A stretch of 64,000 bases of DNA from contig NC_047064.1 of NCBI RefSeq assembly GCF_902459465.1, positions 10,501,160 to 10,565,159 of the forward strand, in the 5' to 3' direction. Of the stretch, positions 12,075-23,689 are shown piece by piece (within the stretch, counting starts at the first letter, position 1; each line of letters begins with the position of its first letter). Source of the DNA: Asterias rubens (Eukaryota). The translations under genes were made by a program, and so were the position numbers. The notes beneath the pieces are model-generated. The model was not told the DNA's origin, made no database searches, and saw nothing but the letters and a program-made list of their open reading frames with translations.

Positions 12075-12645
12075 TACTGGAAGTGTCATGGCCGAGCGGT
12101 TAGGAGCATCAAATTTGTGGCGGGTGTTTCTGATCAGCAGAGTGTGGGTTCGAATCCCCAGCCGTGACACTTGTGTCCTTAAGCTAGACACTCGACCATT
12201 GCTCCGTCCTTTGGAATGGACGTAAAGCCGTTGGTCCTACGTGTTGTGTAATGCATGTAAAAGAACCCAGCCGTCGATTTCACAAAGAGTTAGGACTCGT
12301 CTTATCTCGAGTTAGGACGAGTAACTCTTCCTAACTTAGGATTAATCTTAAGGTCTGCATGCTACAGTGCAGGGTTGGGACTCGTCCTAAGTCCTAAGAT
12401 TAGTCTTAAGTTAAGAAGAGTTTTGTGAAATCGACGGCTGTGCACTTATCGAAAAGAGAAGGGGTTTGCCCCGGTGTTCCTGGCTGTGGCTGCTGTATAC
12501 GCCGTAGCTAAATCAACGGGTCTCAGAATTCATCACTGCAAAAACCTATCTTTCTGAAAGTTTGTATATACTCAGCACCTTGAGTACCTTGTTTGGTAGA
12601 TACGTGCGCTATATAAGACTTTGATATTATTATTATTACTACTTA
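12075..12645 (+). mobile_element. SINE family A copy carrying a nested MITE-E insertion (12262..12463)
   Basis: Head gtgtcatggccgagcggttaggagcatcaaatttgtggcgggtgtttctgatcagcagagtgtgggttcgaatccccagccgtgacac and tail gcgctatataagactttgatattattattatt. The body is interrupted by a complete cagccgtcgatttcacaaag..ttgtgaaatcgacggctg foldback element. Confidence 0.6.
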
Positions 12646-12646
12646 C

Positions 12647-12795
12647 ATAGGGATAGTTTGGTTGGTTGCTAGCCCAGTGCTGGAAGTCCACATTGGAGTT
12701 ATCAGACCAATGATACTCATAATAGTATCCTACTTTGTTGCTTAGTCCAGTCCACAGGTTCCCAGTGGAGAACTTCATCAACGAGGTCAATAAAG
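12647..12795 (-). CDS. exon: CTLD13 middle part
   Basis: S-LLTSLMKFSTGNLWTGLSNKVGYYYEYHWSDNSNVDFQHWASNQPNYPY; acceptor tgtttacag|, donor CCCTAT|gtaagt; phase 1 in, 0 out. The SINE-A tail begins immediately after the donor hexamer. Confidence 0.65.
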
Positions 12796-13531
12796 CTGTA
12801 AACAAAAACAAACACATCAACCCTGTTTGCTAAATCTTTAACGTTTTATACTTGTCTTTATTTTCACAGAATGAGTTGGTTGGATTTCATTTTGTCTTTC
12901 CAAAAGCTTCTCCAGAAATTCCGAAAAATAAAAATTCAAAACAACTGAGCAGGCCCCGATTTGAACCTTTATTCTGTAAATAACAAAACTTGAGTCTGTC
13001 GCCCCAAACCATCTTACATTGAATACTACACAACTTAAGTCCACTGCCCGAAACTGTTCGGCCGCGACATCCTGACATCTTATATACAATATAGGATTAT
13101 AAATTACAGAACTAGAGTCCAATGCTTCAAACCGTTTCACAACAAAACCCCACCATCTTACATAAGACATATGATTTTGGGGCATGGTTGGCTTGTGTGT
13201 AAAGCGCTCGCCTCTCACCAAGGTGACCCTGGTTTGATACCCGGCCAGGGCCATTATGTGAGTTGCGTTGTGCCCTGGTTCTATGCTGTGCCACTAGGGT
13301 TTTCCAGACCATCTGGTTTTTCCTCCTTCGGGGAAAAATCAAACACTTTTGATCTCTGGCTGTGCTCCGTGGTCAAAATGGGTTGATGTGGCTGGCTGCC
13401 AAAGGCGCCCTGGCATGCCTGCCTCTCGAAGACGTTGTAGCCGCGTCCTTCACATTTCAGCTCATAGCTGCGGATAAGGATGATTAGTCTCCCAAGTTAA
13501 TATTATTATATTATTGTAACAGCAGACTTAC

Positions 13532-13792
13532 ACTGAACCGCTTGATTATGAATGGATGCAAGGCCTCCTCCCTCGTTTGCCTTACACGCAGTGCGAGCGT
13601 CGTCCCACGTCTTGAAATTACTGGTGTCTCCGTTGATCTGGTAGCAACCTTTGTCGATCTTGAACCACCCATTGGGGCAGTTACCTTCTGCGGGCGGAGG
13701 GTCAGGCTTCACAATCGGAACCTTGTTATTGTAATCTTTCTTGCAAACAAAGTGCTGTTCTATACCACAGTTAGTATCACCCCAATAGCCAT
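13532..13792 (-). CDS. exon: CTLD12 C-terminus + Pro-rich linker + CTLD13 N-terminal part
   Basis: D-GYWGDTNCGIEQHFVCKKDYNNKVPIVKPDPPPAEGNCPNGWFKIDKGCYQINGDTSNFKTWDDARTACKANEGGGLASIHNQAVQ; acceptor tgtccgcag|, donor CAGT|gtaagt; phase 1 in, 1 out. Paralogous to exon 27091..27357. Confidence 0.75.
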
Positions 13793-14384
13793 CTGCGGAC
13801 AAAACAACAAGTCAAATATTTAACCAACAAACAAAACGACCAAAACGCAAATTTTCATGCTAGCTGCAACAGAATAATTTGCTTAAGCAGAAGCGCGTAT
13901 TACAGGTTAGGCAGCAATCTTGCGCATTCACTAGGGATTTACATGTGACGTCATGCATTTTCGTGCAGTAAGCGCAGTAAGGTTAGCACGCCTTTTTATA
14001 TGCTTACGGTTAGCTATGAAATGGAAATTGTAAGCACAAAATCTCCCATAAAAGGCAGTAGACACTATTGGTAATTATAATCAAAATAATTGTTAGCATA
14101 AAAACTTACTTTGTAACAAGCAATGGTGAGCTGTTGATAGTATAAAACATTGTGAGAAACGGCTCCCTCGTAGTTTTCAAGAAAGAAGTAACTTTCAACG
14201 AATTTGATTTCGAGACCTCAAAACCTCAAAATCAAAGACTTGTGTGACAAGGGTGTTTTTCTCTCATTATTATCTCGCAACTTCGACGACCAACTGTACT
14301 CAAATTTTCAGGTCTGTTATTCTGTGCATATTTTGAGATACACGAAGTGAGAAGACTGGTCTTTGACAATTATCAAAGGTGTCC

Positions 14385-15455
14385 AATGTCTTCTTTAAGC
14401 AGCAGTGTTCTCCACACACGTAAATTGCGAGGGCGGGCCGCCCTCCTAAAATTTAGGCCGCCCTGCCAAAGAATTGGCTGCCCTGCTAAAATTATTGGCC
14501 GCCCTGCCCAAAAAAGGACAAAGAGACTATTTTTAGAGTGCATTTAATAAGATCAAACGAGTACCTGACAAGCCATAGCCGACTTCAAAATTATAGCATC
14601 AGAAATGCGATCGTAAACAAACGTTAATACACAATGTACATGTACACAGGGCCACATGGTTCGTATTTATATGCAGAGTGCATCAACCAACCATGCACAC
14701 ACACCACGCACACCGTCGACGATGAGAATACCCACTGCATGTATAGTGCATGAACAGTCCGCACGCTGTGATTGGCCGTTGATAGTCTCCAACACAATAC
14801 GCACATTCACAAACTGAGACAGAATTGCCACACAGTGTGCCGCACGCATGTACAGAATGGTACAATGTACAGCCTCGAAGCATATTAAAACATGTCGACT
14901 TTCGCCCATTGAGGGCGTGCGCGATGCGGGGCAAAGTTCCTTGATAAATAAATTGTTCGGTGCGTTACCGATCGTTGAATCTTGATTATTTTGTTACAAA
15001 CGAAGTTCTTAACGACGGAACCGCTAATCGCTAATTCATAGAAACGGTTTTGGATGGAAAAAGTATTATTTAGGGCCATAATTTGGGGATAATATCGTTT
15101 TGAAAATTGCACACGAAGACCGTCCGATCATGGTCCGATCACCCGCTTTCTAAACTCCGACGTGCGGCATGCCGATCATCCCTTTGAGGTTATTGGCGCG
15201 GCACACAAAGCAAAATGTATAACAAATTGTAGTTTTGTTTTAGTTTTTAAAATAAGGTTGTTCCAACCGAAATGGATGCCCATCAATACATTATTTTAAG
15301 AAAATGTTTTTCTCAAGCATTTGTTGATTTCACGTCCGCTGACGTCATATCAAAATGGGCGCCATTTTGATTACGTCATACTGACGGGCGCCATTTTGAT
15401 TACGATGCCGCCCTCCTAAAAAAAAAAGTCTGTGGAGAACACTGCAGCAGCACTA
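14385..15455. mobile_element. About 1.07-kb element bounded by 15-bp TIRs (gcAGTGTTCTCCACA), possibly a non-autonomous hAT-like DNA transposon
   Basis: Left end aagcagcagtgttctccacacacg (14397..); right end cagtctgtggagaacactgcagcagc (..15450). Subterminal 22-bp repeats ggccgccctgc[ct]aaa.aatt x4 (14400..14520) and gggcgccattttgattacg x2 (15355..15410). The interior has Cys/His-rich ORFs with no recognisable transposase. No clear TSD seen. Confidence 0.3.
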
Positions 15456-15521
15456 TGAAATTTGGCCCTGAAGGACAGGGGAACAGTCTAGGGTGCACCT
15501 ATAGAAGAAGGAGCGACTTAC

Positions 15522-15616
15522 CATCCGCCATGTCAACACATTTCTGCATTCCCAGGCCGTCATTGGGTTGTCCATAATCCCAATTCGTGAAGTCACTTGG
15601 TGACGAATCACTCCAC
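15522..15616 (-). CDS. exon: CTLD12 long-loop part (QPN)
   Basis: R-WSDSSPSDFTNWDYGQPNDGLGMQKCVDMAD; acceptor tttcatacag|, donor GGATG|gtaagt; phase 2 in, 1 out. Confidence 0.65.
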
Positions 15617-16717
15617 CTGTATGAAATCATTCAAATCATTATCAGTCAACACACCTATAAGCTGGATACACCTGTAAGACATTACTACACTCGTAGACAA
15701 GCGGAAGAAGGACGCAACACGAAACCACTGAGCTTAGAACTCTGATGCCGGACTGGGATGAGTTGAAGGCGACCATCAGAGGTTTCCTACCACAGGGAAC
15801 TTTCAGATGTTCCAACATCTCCAAATGCAACGTCTGTAGAAAATACATCAGGGAATCTCATTCTTTCACCAGCCATACCCATAAGACAAGCAAGGGGTCA
15901 TGTCATGCATAACCACTATTGCATCTATCTGATATCTTGCAAAGCCTGTGGTGTTATACATGTAGGTGAAACAAGAACTACAATCAAGAGGCACTTCTAC
16001 AGCCACAGATCCACAGTCAAGACCCAAAAGCTGGACACACCTGTAAGGACATCACTTCAATATTCCTAATCACTCCGTTCCTGAAATGATTTTACAAAGC
16101 ATTGAGGTAATAGGTAACTACCGAGAGATTGTTCGTTGAGTAAGGGGAAACTGTGGATTAGGCGCCTTCAGAACATTCAATCCAATGGTTTGAACATCTA
16201 ACAAGAAAATGACTAATAGATTTTTTTTGTCTTTTCCTTCTCCCTTTCCAACAGATATCTTCATTTTAATCTGCCTTATTCACCACTGAAATATTTGTTC
16301 TCCCTCTGTCCTCCAGCGTTTCAACTTCATGCAGTCAACTCCAACCCACTCTTTTGTCCCCTTATTTATTGCTTACCCCTTGGTTTTCTTGTTTGCATTC
16401 TGCCTCTCTCTCTCTATACATCCCCAGCCGTGACACTTGTGCCCTTAAAGCAAGACACCTAATCATTGCTTTGTCCTTTGGATGAGACATTAACCCGTTG
16501 GTCCCGTGTGTTGTGATAAAAGAACCCAGTGCACTTATCGAAAAGAGATGGGGTTCGCCCCGGTGTTCCTGGCTGGATGGCGGCATATTGCGCCACAGCA
16601 CCTTGTAAACCATTACAGTGCGCATAAAACACTTTATGTTTCAGCGCTTTGAGACGCCCTTCTGATGTATGAAGCGTTTTATAAATATCACTTATTATAC
16701 ATGGAAAATGAACCAAC

Positions 16718-16791
16718 CTGTATTCATCAACACTGTTACTATCGTCAAGTTTCTTTAATCCGATCCAGAAATAATTGTAGGAGTATGGAGT
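16718..16791 (-). CDS. exon: CTLD12 short WIGL exon
   Basis: TPYSYNYFWIGLKKLDDSNSVDEY; acceptor tttttcctccag|, donor ATACAG|gttggt; phase 0 in, 2 out. Required to connect phases of the flanking exons. Confidence 0.55.
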
Positions 16792-17148
16792 CTGGAGGAA
16801 AAATAGAGAAGTTGATAAAAACTATTGTAACAAAAAATGTGCCACTTATTGTTCGCTTATCCGGTAGCTTTAAATGGAAGATGTACATTTGGAATTCACT
16901 CTTAAAATTAATGACAGCTTGTGATGTGCTGCCAAAATCAGTTTTGCAAGCAATTTGTCACAATTTGTCACATGGAGGGTCGAGGACCGTACGACCTTGC
17001 GTTGCCGCATGGAATCTGGCATACTGCAGCGCAGGGTTAAAATAAAGGAAAACAGACAAGCTCAACCAAATATAATATATATTTATACTGTGGGCATAAG
17101 GCCTTAGTTCTTGTACCTAAAATGATCAGAAGACAAATGAGAACGTAC

Positions 17149-17318
17149 CAATCCTTTGACAAGTATCTGCTCCTGATCGTCGAGTATTGATGCCAGGTAG
17201 CCTCCTTTGGTGTTACACCATGCTTCAGCATCATACCATGTCTTCTCTTTGGTGTCTTCTACATAGTAGCAGTATGGACTAACAAATAGCCAATCAGGGT
17301 CCGTAGGACAATACGGTG
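17149..17318 (-). CDS. exon: CTLD12 N-terminal part
   Basis: S-PYCPTDPDWLFVSPYCYYVEDTKEKTWYDAEAWCNTKGGYLASILDDQEQILVKGL; acceptor ctaaccag|, donor GGATTG|gtacgt; phase 1 in, 0 out. Confidence 0.65.
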
Positions 17319-18791
17319 CTGGTTAGAAACAAAGTAATGTCAGTTGTTAAAGAAAAATTCGTTACCTCTAAAATAAAATTCAAACACAATATGTCAAACT
17401 TGGTGTCCTCTATGCAGTTCATGTTTTAATACGATTGTATATTCAAGCATCGATGTTCGGCTTCAAGTGTCTTATGCTGTTTATGTGCCGCAGCAATACA
17501 CGCTACGCGAGGGCGCAGATTTCACAGAGCTACATAAAAAACAAAATCTAGCTGAGCAAAACAAAATTATGCATACCAGAATTTAAAATAAAAAAATTGT
17601 TATGCAAGTCACTAGACAAACAAGGCCTGAAGGCCGCGTCAAGGTGTGGGTTACAATAAAAAAAATTCTAGAGCCCGTTGCCACCTACTCCTAGGGCTGA
17701 AACAGGGTTACCCCTTTTACAGTCCATACGGATGTAGGCTTGGGTAAGGTGACCACCCAAAAATGTTCAGTATGTTCAATTTGTGAATGGTATCCTACTC
17801 ATTCTGGTAAGCAGAAAATTGTGAAGCAATATGTTTTGCTTCAGCAGCTCTTTGAAATCAGGCCAAGGGCCTTGATGGGGGTAATCTAGCTTCTGTGTCC
17901 AGTTCTGAGAGCAGTTTTTCAGTGCATTAAAGAAGAGGACCAAAATGCCCTAGCTAGTTGGGTTATAGTTGCCAACACCTTTGCAGACCAGTTTAACAGT
18001 ATCATAGCCTCATAGAAGCTCACATTAAGGAAGGTTTTCCATTTTCAAAATGGCCGCCAAAGCCGTGAGGAGCAGAAATGGAAATGGCCCAATATCCAAA
18101 CAATTTTGTAACACATTAAATTTACCTATATACCAAATCCCTGGCTGTTATCATAAAATGCAAGATTGTTATTGGTTTGTGTGTTATGCTGCCTAACTAT
18201 ATAAACAAATTGACACAACGAAGTGGTCTTCAATCGCTGATCAAATGGCACTGGGGTTTTGCAGAATTGAAGTTAAATCTCGACACAGCCAATTTGCAGA
18301 AGTAGGTGCCGACCCAGGACAGAAAACGGCTCTTCATATTGTGATGATGAGCACAATGTTACACATAGTTAGCTCATAACACCCTTAGTGAATAATTCCA
18401 TAAAAAGATGACCATTACTGAAATCAAATTGTTGTCTTACGTTTAGTGAAGGGTGCTTCTGTTGTGAAAAGAGGCACTGTGGAAAAAAAAAACACAAATA
18501 TACAAGTTAGGTCAACAGGAATTTAAAAAGAAACAATCACACTATACATGTATATGCAGCTAACATTGAAATACACTGGACAAAAATAGTAGGTGTCAAA
18601 GACCAGTAGGGCTTTACCGTTTTTTTTTTAACCACCAATATACAAATAAAATAGCATACAAGCAGCCATAAAAGTTTGCGCTCAATCGGTCATCGAGGTC
18701 GCAAAAAATACAGTTAAAAACAGGTTGAAAACCACTTTAAGTAGTAAGGGGCTTCAAGAAGAAGAAAATATTAAAGATGAATGTAACTTAC

Positions 18792-18959
18792 ATTTGGGCA
18801 TCTCACAGACATAGTGGCTATTGACAGTACAGGATACGTCAAACCATTTGCCCTGCGAATCTGGCCAGATTTCTGCACAGCCTGCCGAGTCATCGTCAGG
18901 CTCGCCACTAGCCCAGTTGGTAAAAGCCACTGGGGAGCCATCAATCCACTTCCAGCCAC
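18792..18959 (-). CDS. exon: CTLD11 C-terminal two-thirds (EPD)
   Basis: G-GWKWIDGSPVAFTNWASGEPDDDSAGCAEIWPDSQGKWFDVSCTVNSHYVCEMPK; acceptor cgtttgcag|, donor AAAT|gtaagt; phase 1 in, 1 out. Confidence 0.7.
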
Positions 18960-19039
18960 CTGCAAACGTCAGAGACATTTGATTGTCATTTGGTAGTTTA
19001 GGTTGGCTTAAAAAAAACCTTTCCCCATCTTCTACATCT

Positions 19040-19990
19040 AGGTCCCTGCCGTCCATTTCACAAGGAGTTAGGACTCGTCTAACTTAGGATTTATCTTAAG
19101 GTCTGTATGCTACAGTGCAGGGTTGGGACTCATCCTAAATAATCTAAAGTTAGGAAGAATTTTGTGAAATCGACGGCTGGTTCAAATCCTTCTGGGAGCA
19201 CTATGTTAATTGAGCTTTCAGTCCCAATCTGCTGGCAGGGATCTTCTATTTTGGGTGCGTTCGTTTAGATTCTCTGGGTCTGTCCCGTGGTGCTCACTCG
19301 GGTGAGCCCCTGACAAGAGCTCATGGTGACGTCGTTTACCCGGGGCCAGCCCCCAAGTGACCCACTCCACAAACAGGGCACTGGGGGCTGACCTGGGTGA
19401 GCCCCTGGACTGACGTCAAAAGCTATCCAAACACACCGGGACAGACCGGGGATGACCCAGGGAAGCTAAACGAATGCACCCCTAGTAAATTATCTGGGCT
19501 TTTCCTGAAATCTCCTACTTTTTCTTCTCTTCACGTGGTACGTACTTGGCTAGTTAAGCAATTGAGTTCAGTTTTCTGAGAATTATTGGCTTCACAATCA
19601 GGGGTCGATTTCACAAAGAGTTAGGACTTGTCTTATCTCGAGTTAGGACAGGCGAGTAACTCGTCCTAACTTAGGATTAATCTTAAAGTCTGCATGCTAC
19701 AGTGCAAGGCTGGGACTCGTCCTAAGTCCTAAGATTAGTCTTAAGTTAGGAAGAGTTCTGTGAAATCGACGGCTGGTTCAAATCTTTCTGGGAGCACTAT
19801 GTTGATTGAGTTTTCAGTCCCAATCCAATTGCAGAGATCTTCCCTTTAGTAAATTATCTGGGCTTTTCCTGAAATCTCCTACTTTTTTATCTGTTCACGA
19901 GGTACTTGGCTAGTTTAGAAATTGAGCTAAATTTCGTGAGAATTCTTGGCTTCACAACCAGAGTGAAACAAAACAATTCTTGCATCTTAC
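19040..19990. repeat. Intronic tandem segmental duplication (2 x about 480 bp), each copy containing a MITE-E plus flanks
   Basis: 19045..19260 ~ 19601..19860 (MITE-E + gttcaaatc[ct]ttctgggagcactatgtt[ag]attgag.. flank) and 19480..19600 ~ 19850..19975 (agtaaattatctgggcttttcctgaaatctcctacttttt..ttggcttcacaa[tc]cag). Confidence 0.6.
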
Positions 19991-20251
19991 CATTGTTACT
20001 TCGATGAAGCCCCATGATCAGCCACGACACGCTAAATGACTTCTGAGCCAGTCCCAGCACAAAGTGGTTCTCGTCCTTGCTGCTGATGGTGGCCAGATCC
20101 GCTCCGTAGTTTGTCTGACAGTCATACCGTGCCTCTGGGAATGAGCCTGTGGAGAAGAACCCAGATCCCATGATGTAACAGCTGGATCCATATGCCGTCC
20201 AATCGTCTGGACACTTGCCTTCTGAATCTGGAACCTTGGTTGGTGGGACCG
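19991..20251 (-). CDS. exon: Pro-rich linker + CTLD11 N-terminal part through WLIMGL
   Basis: A-VPPTKVPDSEGKCPDDWTAYGSSCYIMGSGFFSTGSFPEARYDCQTNYGADLATISSKDENHFVLGLAQKSFSVSWLIMGLHRSNN; acceptor cgaatgcag|, donor ACAATG|gtaaga; phase 1 in, 1 out. Confidence 0.7.
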
Positions 20252-21789
20252 CTGCATTCGTAAAATCAAACAACGACAATAGTAAAAACAAGCCAAAAAA
20301 ACCCAATAAAGTTAAAAATATTAGAATATTGCTCTATTTCATTACCTGAATCACCCATTAGTAGCAAACCCTGTTTTATTGGTTAATGGAACCATGTTTT
20401 TTTTTTGGGGGGGGGGATTAATTTAAAAGATTAATTTAAAAGAAAGACAAAAAGAACTATTCAACTGAACGAGGGCGGTATACTTGGGTGTTGTAGTTTT
20501 TAAGTTATGACTATTATCAAAGTGTAATTTGTCATGTTTTTTGTGGTCGCTAGCGTCTAGTGACCACCTTGTGCATCAAAGGGTTAAACCATTACATCAG
20601 AAATGTGTTGTTTTTGCTCGAATATCGCTCGTTTTCATTACCTGAATCACCCATGAAAGCAAACCCTGTTTCCTGGTTTAATGAAACCTTGTTTTGTGTT
20701 TAAAAGTGTAATAGTTTGGTTTCAGCTACCATTGACAATTGAAACACCGATTTTGTATACAGAGGATGCTGGCAGATTTTTGTCCTACCCCCTTCTACCA
20801 AATCATTTTAACACCACTTGATTTACAACCCCTCTATGACGAGTGGTATGGTCCAGCTTAGGATATCATGGCACTATGAATGTGTGTAGAATGCAGTTAG
20901 AGGCACTGGACACTATTAATAATTGTCAAAGACCAATCTTCTCACTTGATGTGTCATAAAAATAACATATGCATAAAATAACAAACCTGTGAAAATTTGA
21001 GCTCAATTGGTCAAAAGAGATTAGTGGAAAAAAAAACACCCTTTTCGCACAAGCTGTGTGCTTTCAGATGGTTGATTTCGAGACCTCAGCTGAGGTCTTG
21101 ATTTCAATTAAAGAATTTGAGTGAGAATTTACTTTTATTCTCAAACACTACGCTACTTAAGAGGGAGCTGCTTCTCACAATGTTTTATATTATCAGCGGC
21201 TCTCCATTGCCTGTAACCAAGTTTTTAAGCCAACACAATACGCCTTTCTTACTGATCAATCCAAAATGAGGTAATGCAGCCACTGCAAGTGATGGGGGAT
21301 GTGCGCCAATAGCCTCATTTTGGGTGAGAATTATGACGTCATGCATAAATATTCAAGAGCCAATAAAGGATGATCTCAATATGTCAACTGTTACCTTTCT
21401 ATGGCCAAATAGACATAGCAGATACCGGTAATAACCATTTTACTCTCAAAATTTGCATTTAGTAATAAATAACTCGAGTCAAAAATGCACCCGGCCGCGC
21501 GGCTTTTTCAACAGAGAGTCAAAAACGGCTTATCTATTATGATGACCCTGGACGCCAGTGACGATTATCCCCTATTGGTTTTGAAAACAGTTCTCCAGCT
21601 TTGGCATTTCCACTCCAAATAGCCGCCACTGACGTCATGATTCCTTTGTCGCACGGGCTTGTTTGAGCCCACGTTTTTCAGAAGTTTGGCTTGGAGCGTT
21701 CTGGCAAAATCCCATTTTTACCATGTTTAACGTGAGCTAACAGACTCGTTATATTTTTTATGTTTCCTGGATGGACTTCAGCTGTTAGA

Positions 21790-22090
21790 AAACTGTAATA
21801 TCTATATATTTGAGTAGGATTTGAAACTTTGCATGGTGGAAGTAAGATATAGAAAAGTTTGCGGTAACACCATGTAATAACAATCTCTAAATGAGTTGGG
21901 GTGGTTCTGAAAAGAACCGTTGGATTAACTCGACGTTTCGATCAGTATGCTCTGATTCTCCAGAAGACGATCAGAGCATACTGATCGAAACGTCGAGTTA
22001 ATCCAACGGTTCTTTTCAGAACCACCCCAACTCATTTAGAGATTGTTATTACATGGTGTTACCGCAAACTTTTCTATATATATATTTGAG
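21790..22090. mobile_element. MITE family G copy (near-perfect 300-bp hairpin)
   Basis: gagtaggatttgaaactttgcatggtggaagtaagatatagaaaagtttgcggtaacaccatgtaataacaatctctaaatgagttggggtggttctgaaaagaaccgttggattaactcgacgtttcgatcagtatgctctgattctccagaagacgatcagagcatactgatcgaaacgtcgagttaatccaacggttcttttcagaaccaccccaactcatttagagattgttattacatggtgttaccgcaaacttttctatat. Confidence 0.65.
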
Positions 22091-22364
22091 ATCATCCTTT
22101 ATTGGCCGTTTAAGAGGGTGCCTTTAACAATGAAAAAATTTAAGTAAAGGCCCAGTCACATTGCAGCGATAACGGAAACAATAACGATCACGACGTCAAC
22201 AGAACGCATTCTATTGATTTAATGAGCGTGTGCGTATTCTGCGTGGAGCAATTCACCCAATAGAAAGTGTTCTCTTTGCTTCGAGATCGTTATCGCTTTT
22301 GTTATCGCTGCAGTGTGACTTTGCTTAAAGTCAGCATGAGCCGTCAGGGTTAACCCTTTCCTAC

Positions 22365-22545
22365 CTGTGGTGTATTTGCAAGCTGTGTATGACTTAAGAT
22401 CGCATCCTTGGTTTGACCATTCGCCTGCCTCGGTGAAAAATCCACCTTCCTTCATGACAACACATGGTAAACCTATAGGAGACAACCAGCCCCAGTTGGT
22501 GTAATACAATGGCCAGCCGTCTATCCATGTAAATACTCCAGTAGC
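22365..22545 (-). CDS. exon: CTLD10 C-terminal two-thirds
   Basis: ATGVFTWIDGWPLYYTNWGWLSPIGLPCVVMKEGGFFTEAGEWSNQGCDLKSYTACKYTT; acceptor tctcttgtag|, donor CACAG|gtagga; phase 0 in, 1 out. Confidence 0.7.
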
Positions 22546-22721
22546 CTACAAGAGATAAAATAAGTAGAAAAAGGGAGTCATGGCAGAGTGGTTTAGTAGA
22601 ACATCAACTCAAGTGTAGATGGTTAAAGAGTGGGTTTGAATCCTGGTCATGACACTTGTGTCCTTGTATTCAGCCAGATACTTTAATATAATTGCTTCTC
22701 TTCACCTAGGGTTATAAATGG

Positions 22722-22978
22722 GTACCTGGGCCCAATTTCATAGAGCTGCTAAGCACACAAATTTGCTTAGCATGAAATTTCTTCCTGGATTAAAACAGGT
22801 TTACCAACCAAATTTCCATGTGATTTTCAGGATAGGCAAACAAAAGCTGAATACCAGTAACAAGCAGTATGCAACAAATGGAAATTGCCTGGTAATCCTG
22901 TTTTTATCGCGGAAGAAATTTCATGCTTAGCAAATTTTTGTGCTTTTAGCAGCTCTATGAAACTGGGCCCTGCAAAGG
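22722..22978. mobile_element. MITE family H (TIR gggcccaatttcatagagctgctaagcacaaaaatttgcttagcatgaaatttc), near-perfect 255-bp foldback
   Basis: gggcccaatttcatagagctgctaagcacacaaatttgcttagcatgaaatttcttcctggattaaaacaggtttaccaaccaaatttccat .. atggaaattgcctggtaatcctgtttttatcgcggaagaaatttcatgcttagcaaatttttgtgcttttagcagctctatgaaactgggccc. Related copies or fragments at 25630..25905, 25975..26060, 26195..26270, 34920..35135, 43318..43572, 48195..48535. Confidence 0.6.
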
Positions 22979-23370
22979 AGGAGGTTGGTTTGAAAAAGCC
23001 TTTGGAACCACAGCAGCCCGAGGCTTTATACTCCTTGGGGAGGTGAGAAAAACTACAGGAATGACATTGGCTCAATGACCAGCCGTCGGTTTCACCAAAC
23101 TCTTCCTAACTTGGGATTCATCTTCGGACTTATGTTCAGTTCCGTATCCAAATACATACATGACGTAGGACGAATTGAACCCATCCTAAGTTAGGACAGG
23201 TTACTCGTCCTAACTCGTGTTAAGATTAATTCTTGCGTTTCGTGAAATCGGCTGCTGGACACTAATGTATAAAACCTAAAAAAGCTGGGCATTTTAGGTT
23301 AAAAATGCAAAAGAAAATGCATGCACTGAAAGTACAAGAAGAGTTTTGTAAATTATAAGTTTTCAATTAC

Positions 23371-23615
23371 AGGGTCGTCAAACAAGCCAATCCAGACACT
23401 TTGATCCGCTTTCATGACCATGGATTGCAACTTGGCCTGCTCGTAACCGTTGCGGATCGAGGCCACGTTTGCTCCATCCTTCTGGCAGAACGTCTTGGCT
23501 TCCTCAAATGTCCTCTTAGTAGTGATGTCAACCTTGAAGCAGGCATCTCCGTACTTCTCGTACTCAGGCAAGCCGTCACACTTCGGCGGGGTGGTTGGAT
23601 TTGTGTATTTATCAT
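23371..23615 (-). CDS. exon: linker + CTLD10 N-terminal part through WIGL
   Basis: D-DKYTNPTTPPKCDGLPEYEKYGDACFKVDITTKRTFEEAKTFCQKDGANVASIRNGYEQAKLQSMVMKADQSVWIGLFDDP; acceptor tcatttcag|, donor GACCCT|gtaatt; phase 1 in, 0 out. Confidence 0.7.
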
Positions 23616-23689
23616 CTGAAATGATACCATGGTTGATCATAAGAAAATTAGTATTTGTTTCTTTCAAATTAGTATTACCAGGTTTCATG

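Noticed and set aside
20252-20306. In-frame Met followed by a hydrophobic stretch (MGFFGLFLLLSLFDFTNA) immediately upstream of exon 19991..20251, resembling a signal peptide and a possible internal gene start
   Set aside because: The sequence is the polypyrimidine tract (tttttttggcttgtttttactattgtcgttgtttgattttacgaatgcag) of the intron acceptor. T/C-rich codons translate to F/L/S. The acceptor phase matches the upstream exon 22365..22545, so read-through of the intron end is the simpler explanation. An alternative promoter cannot be excluded without transcript data.
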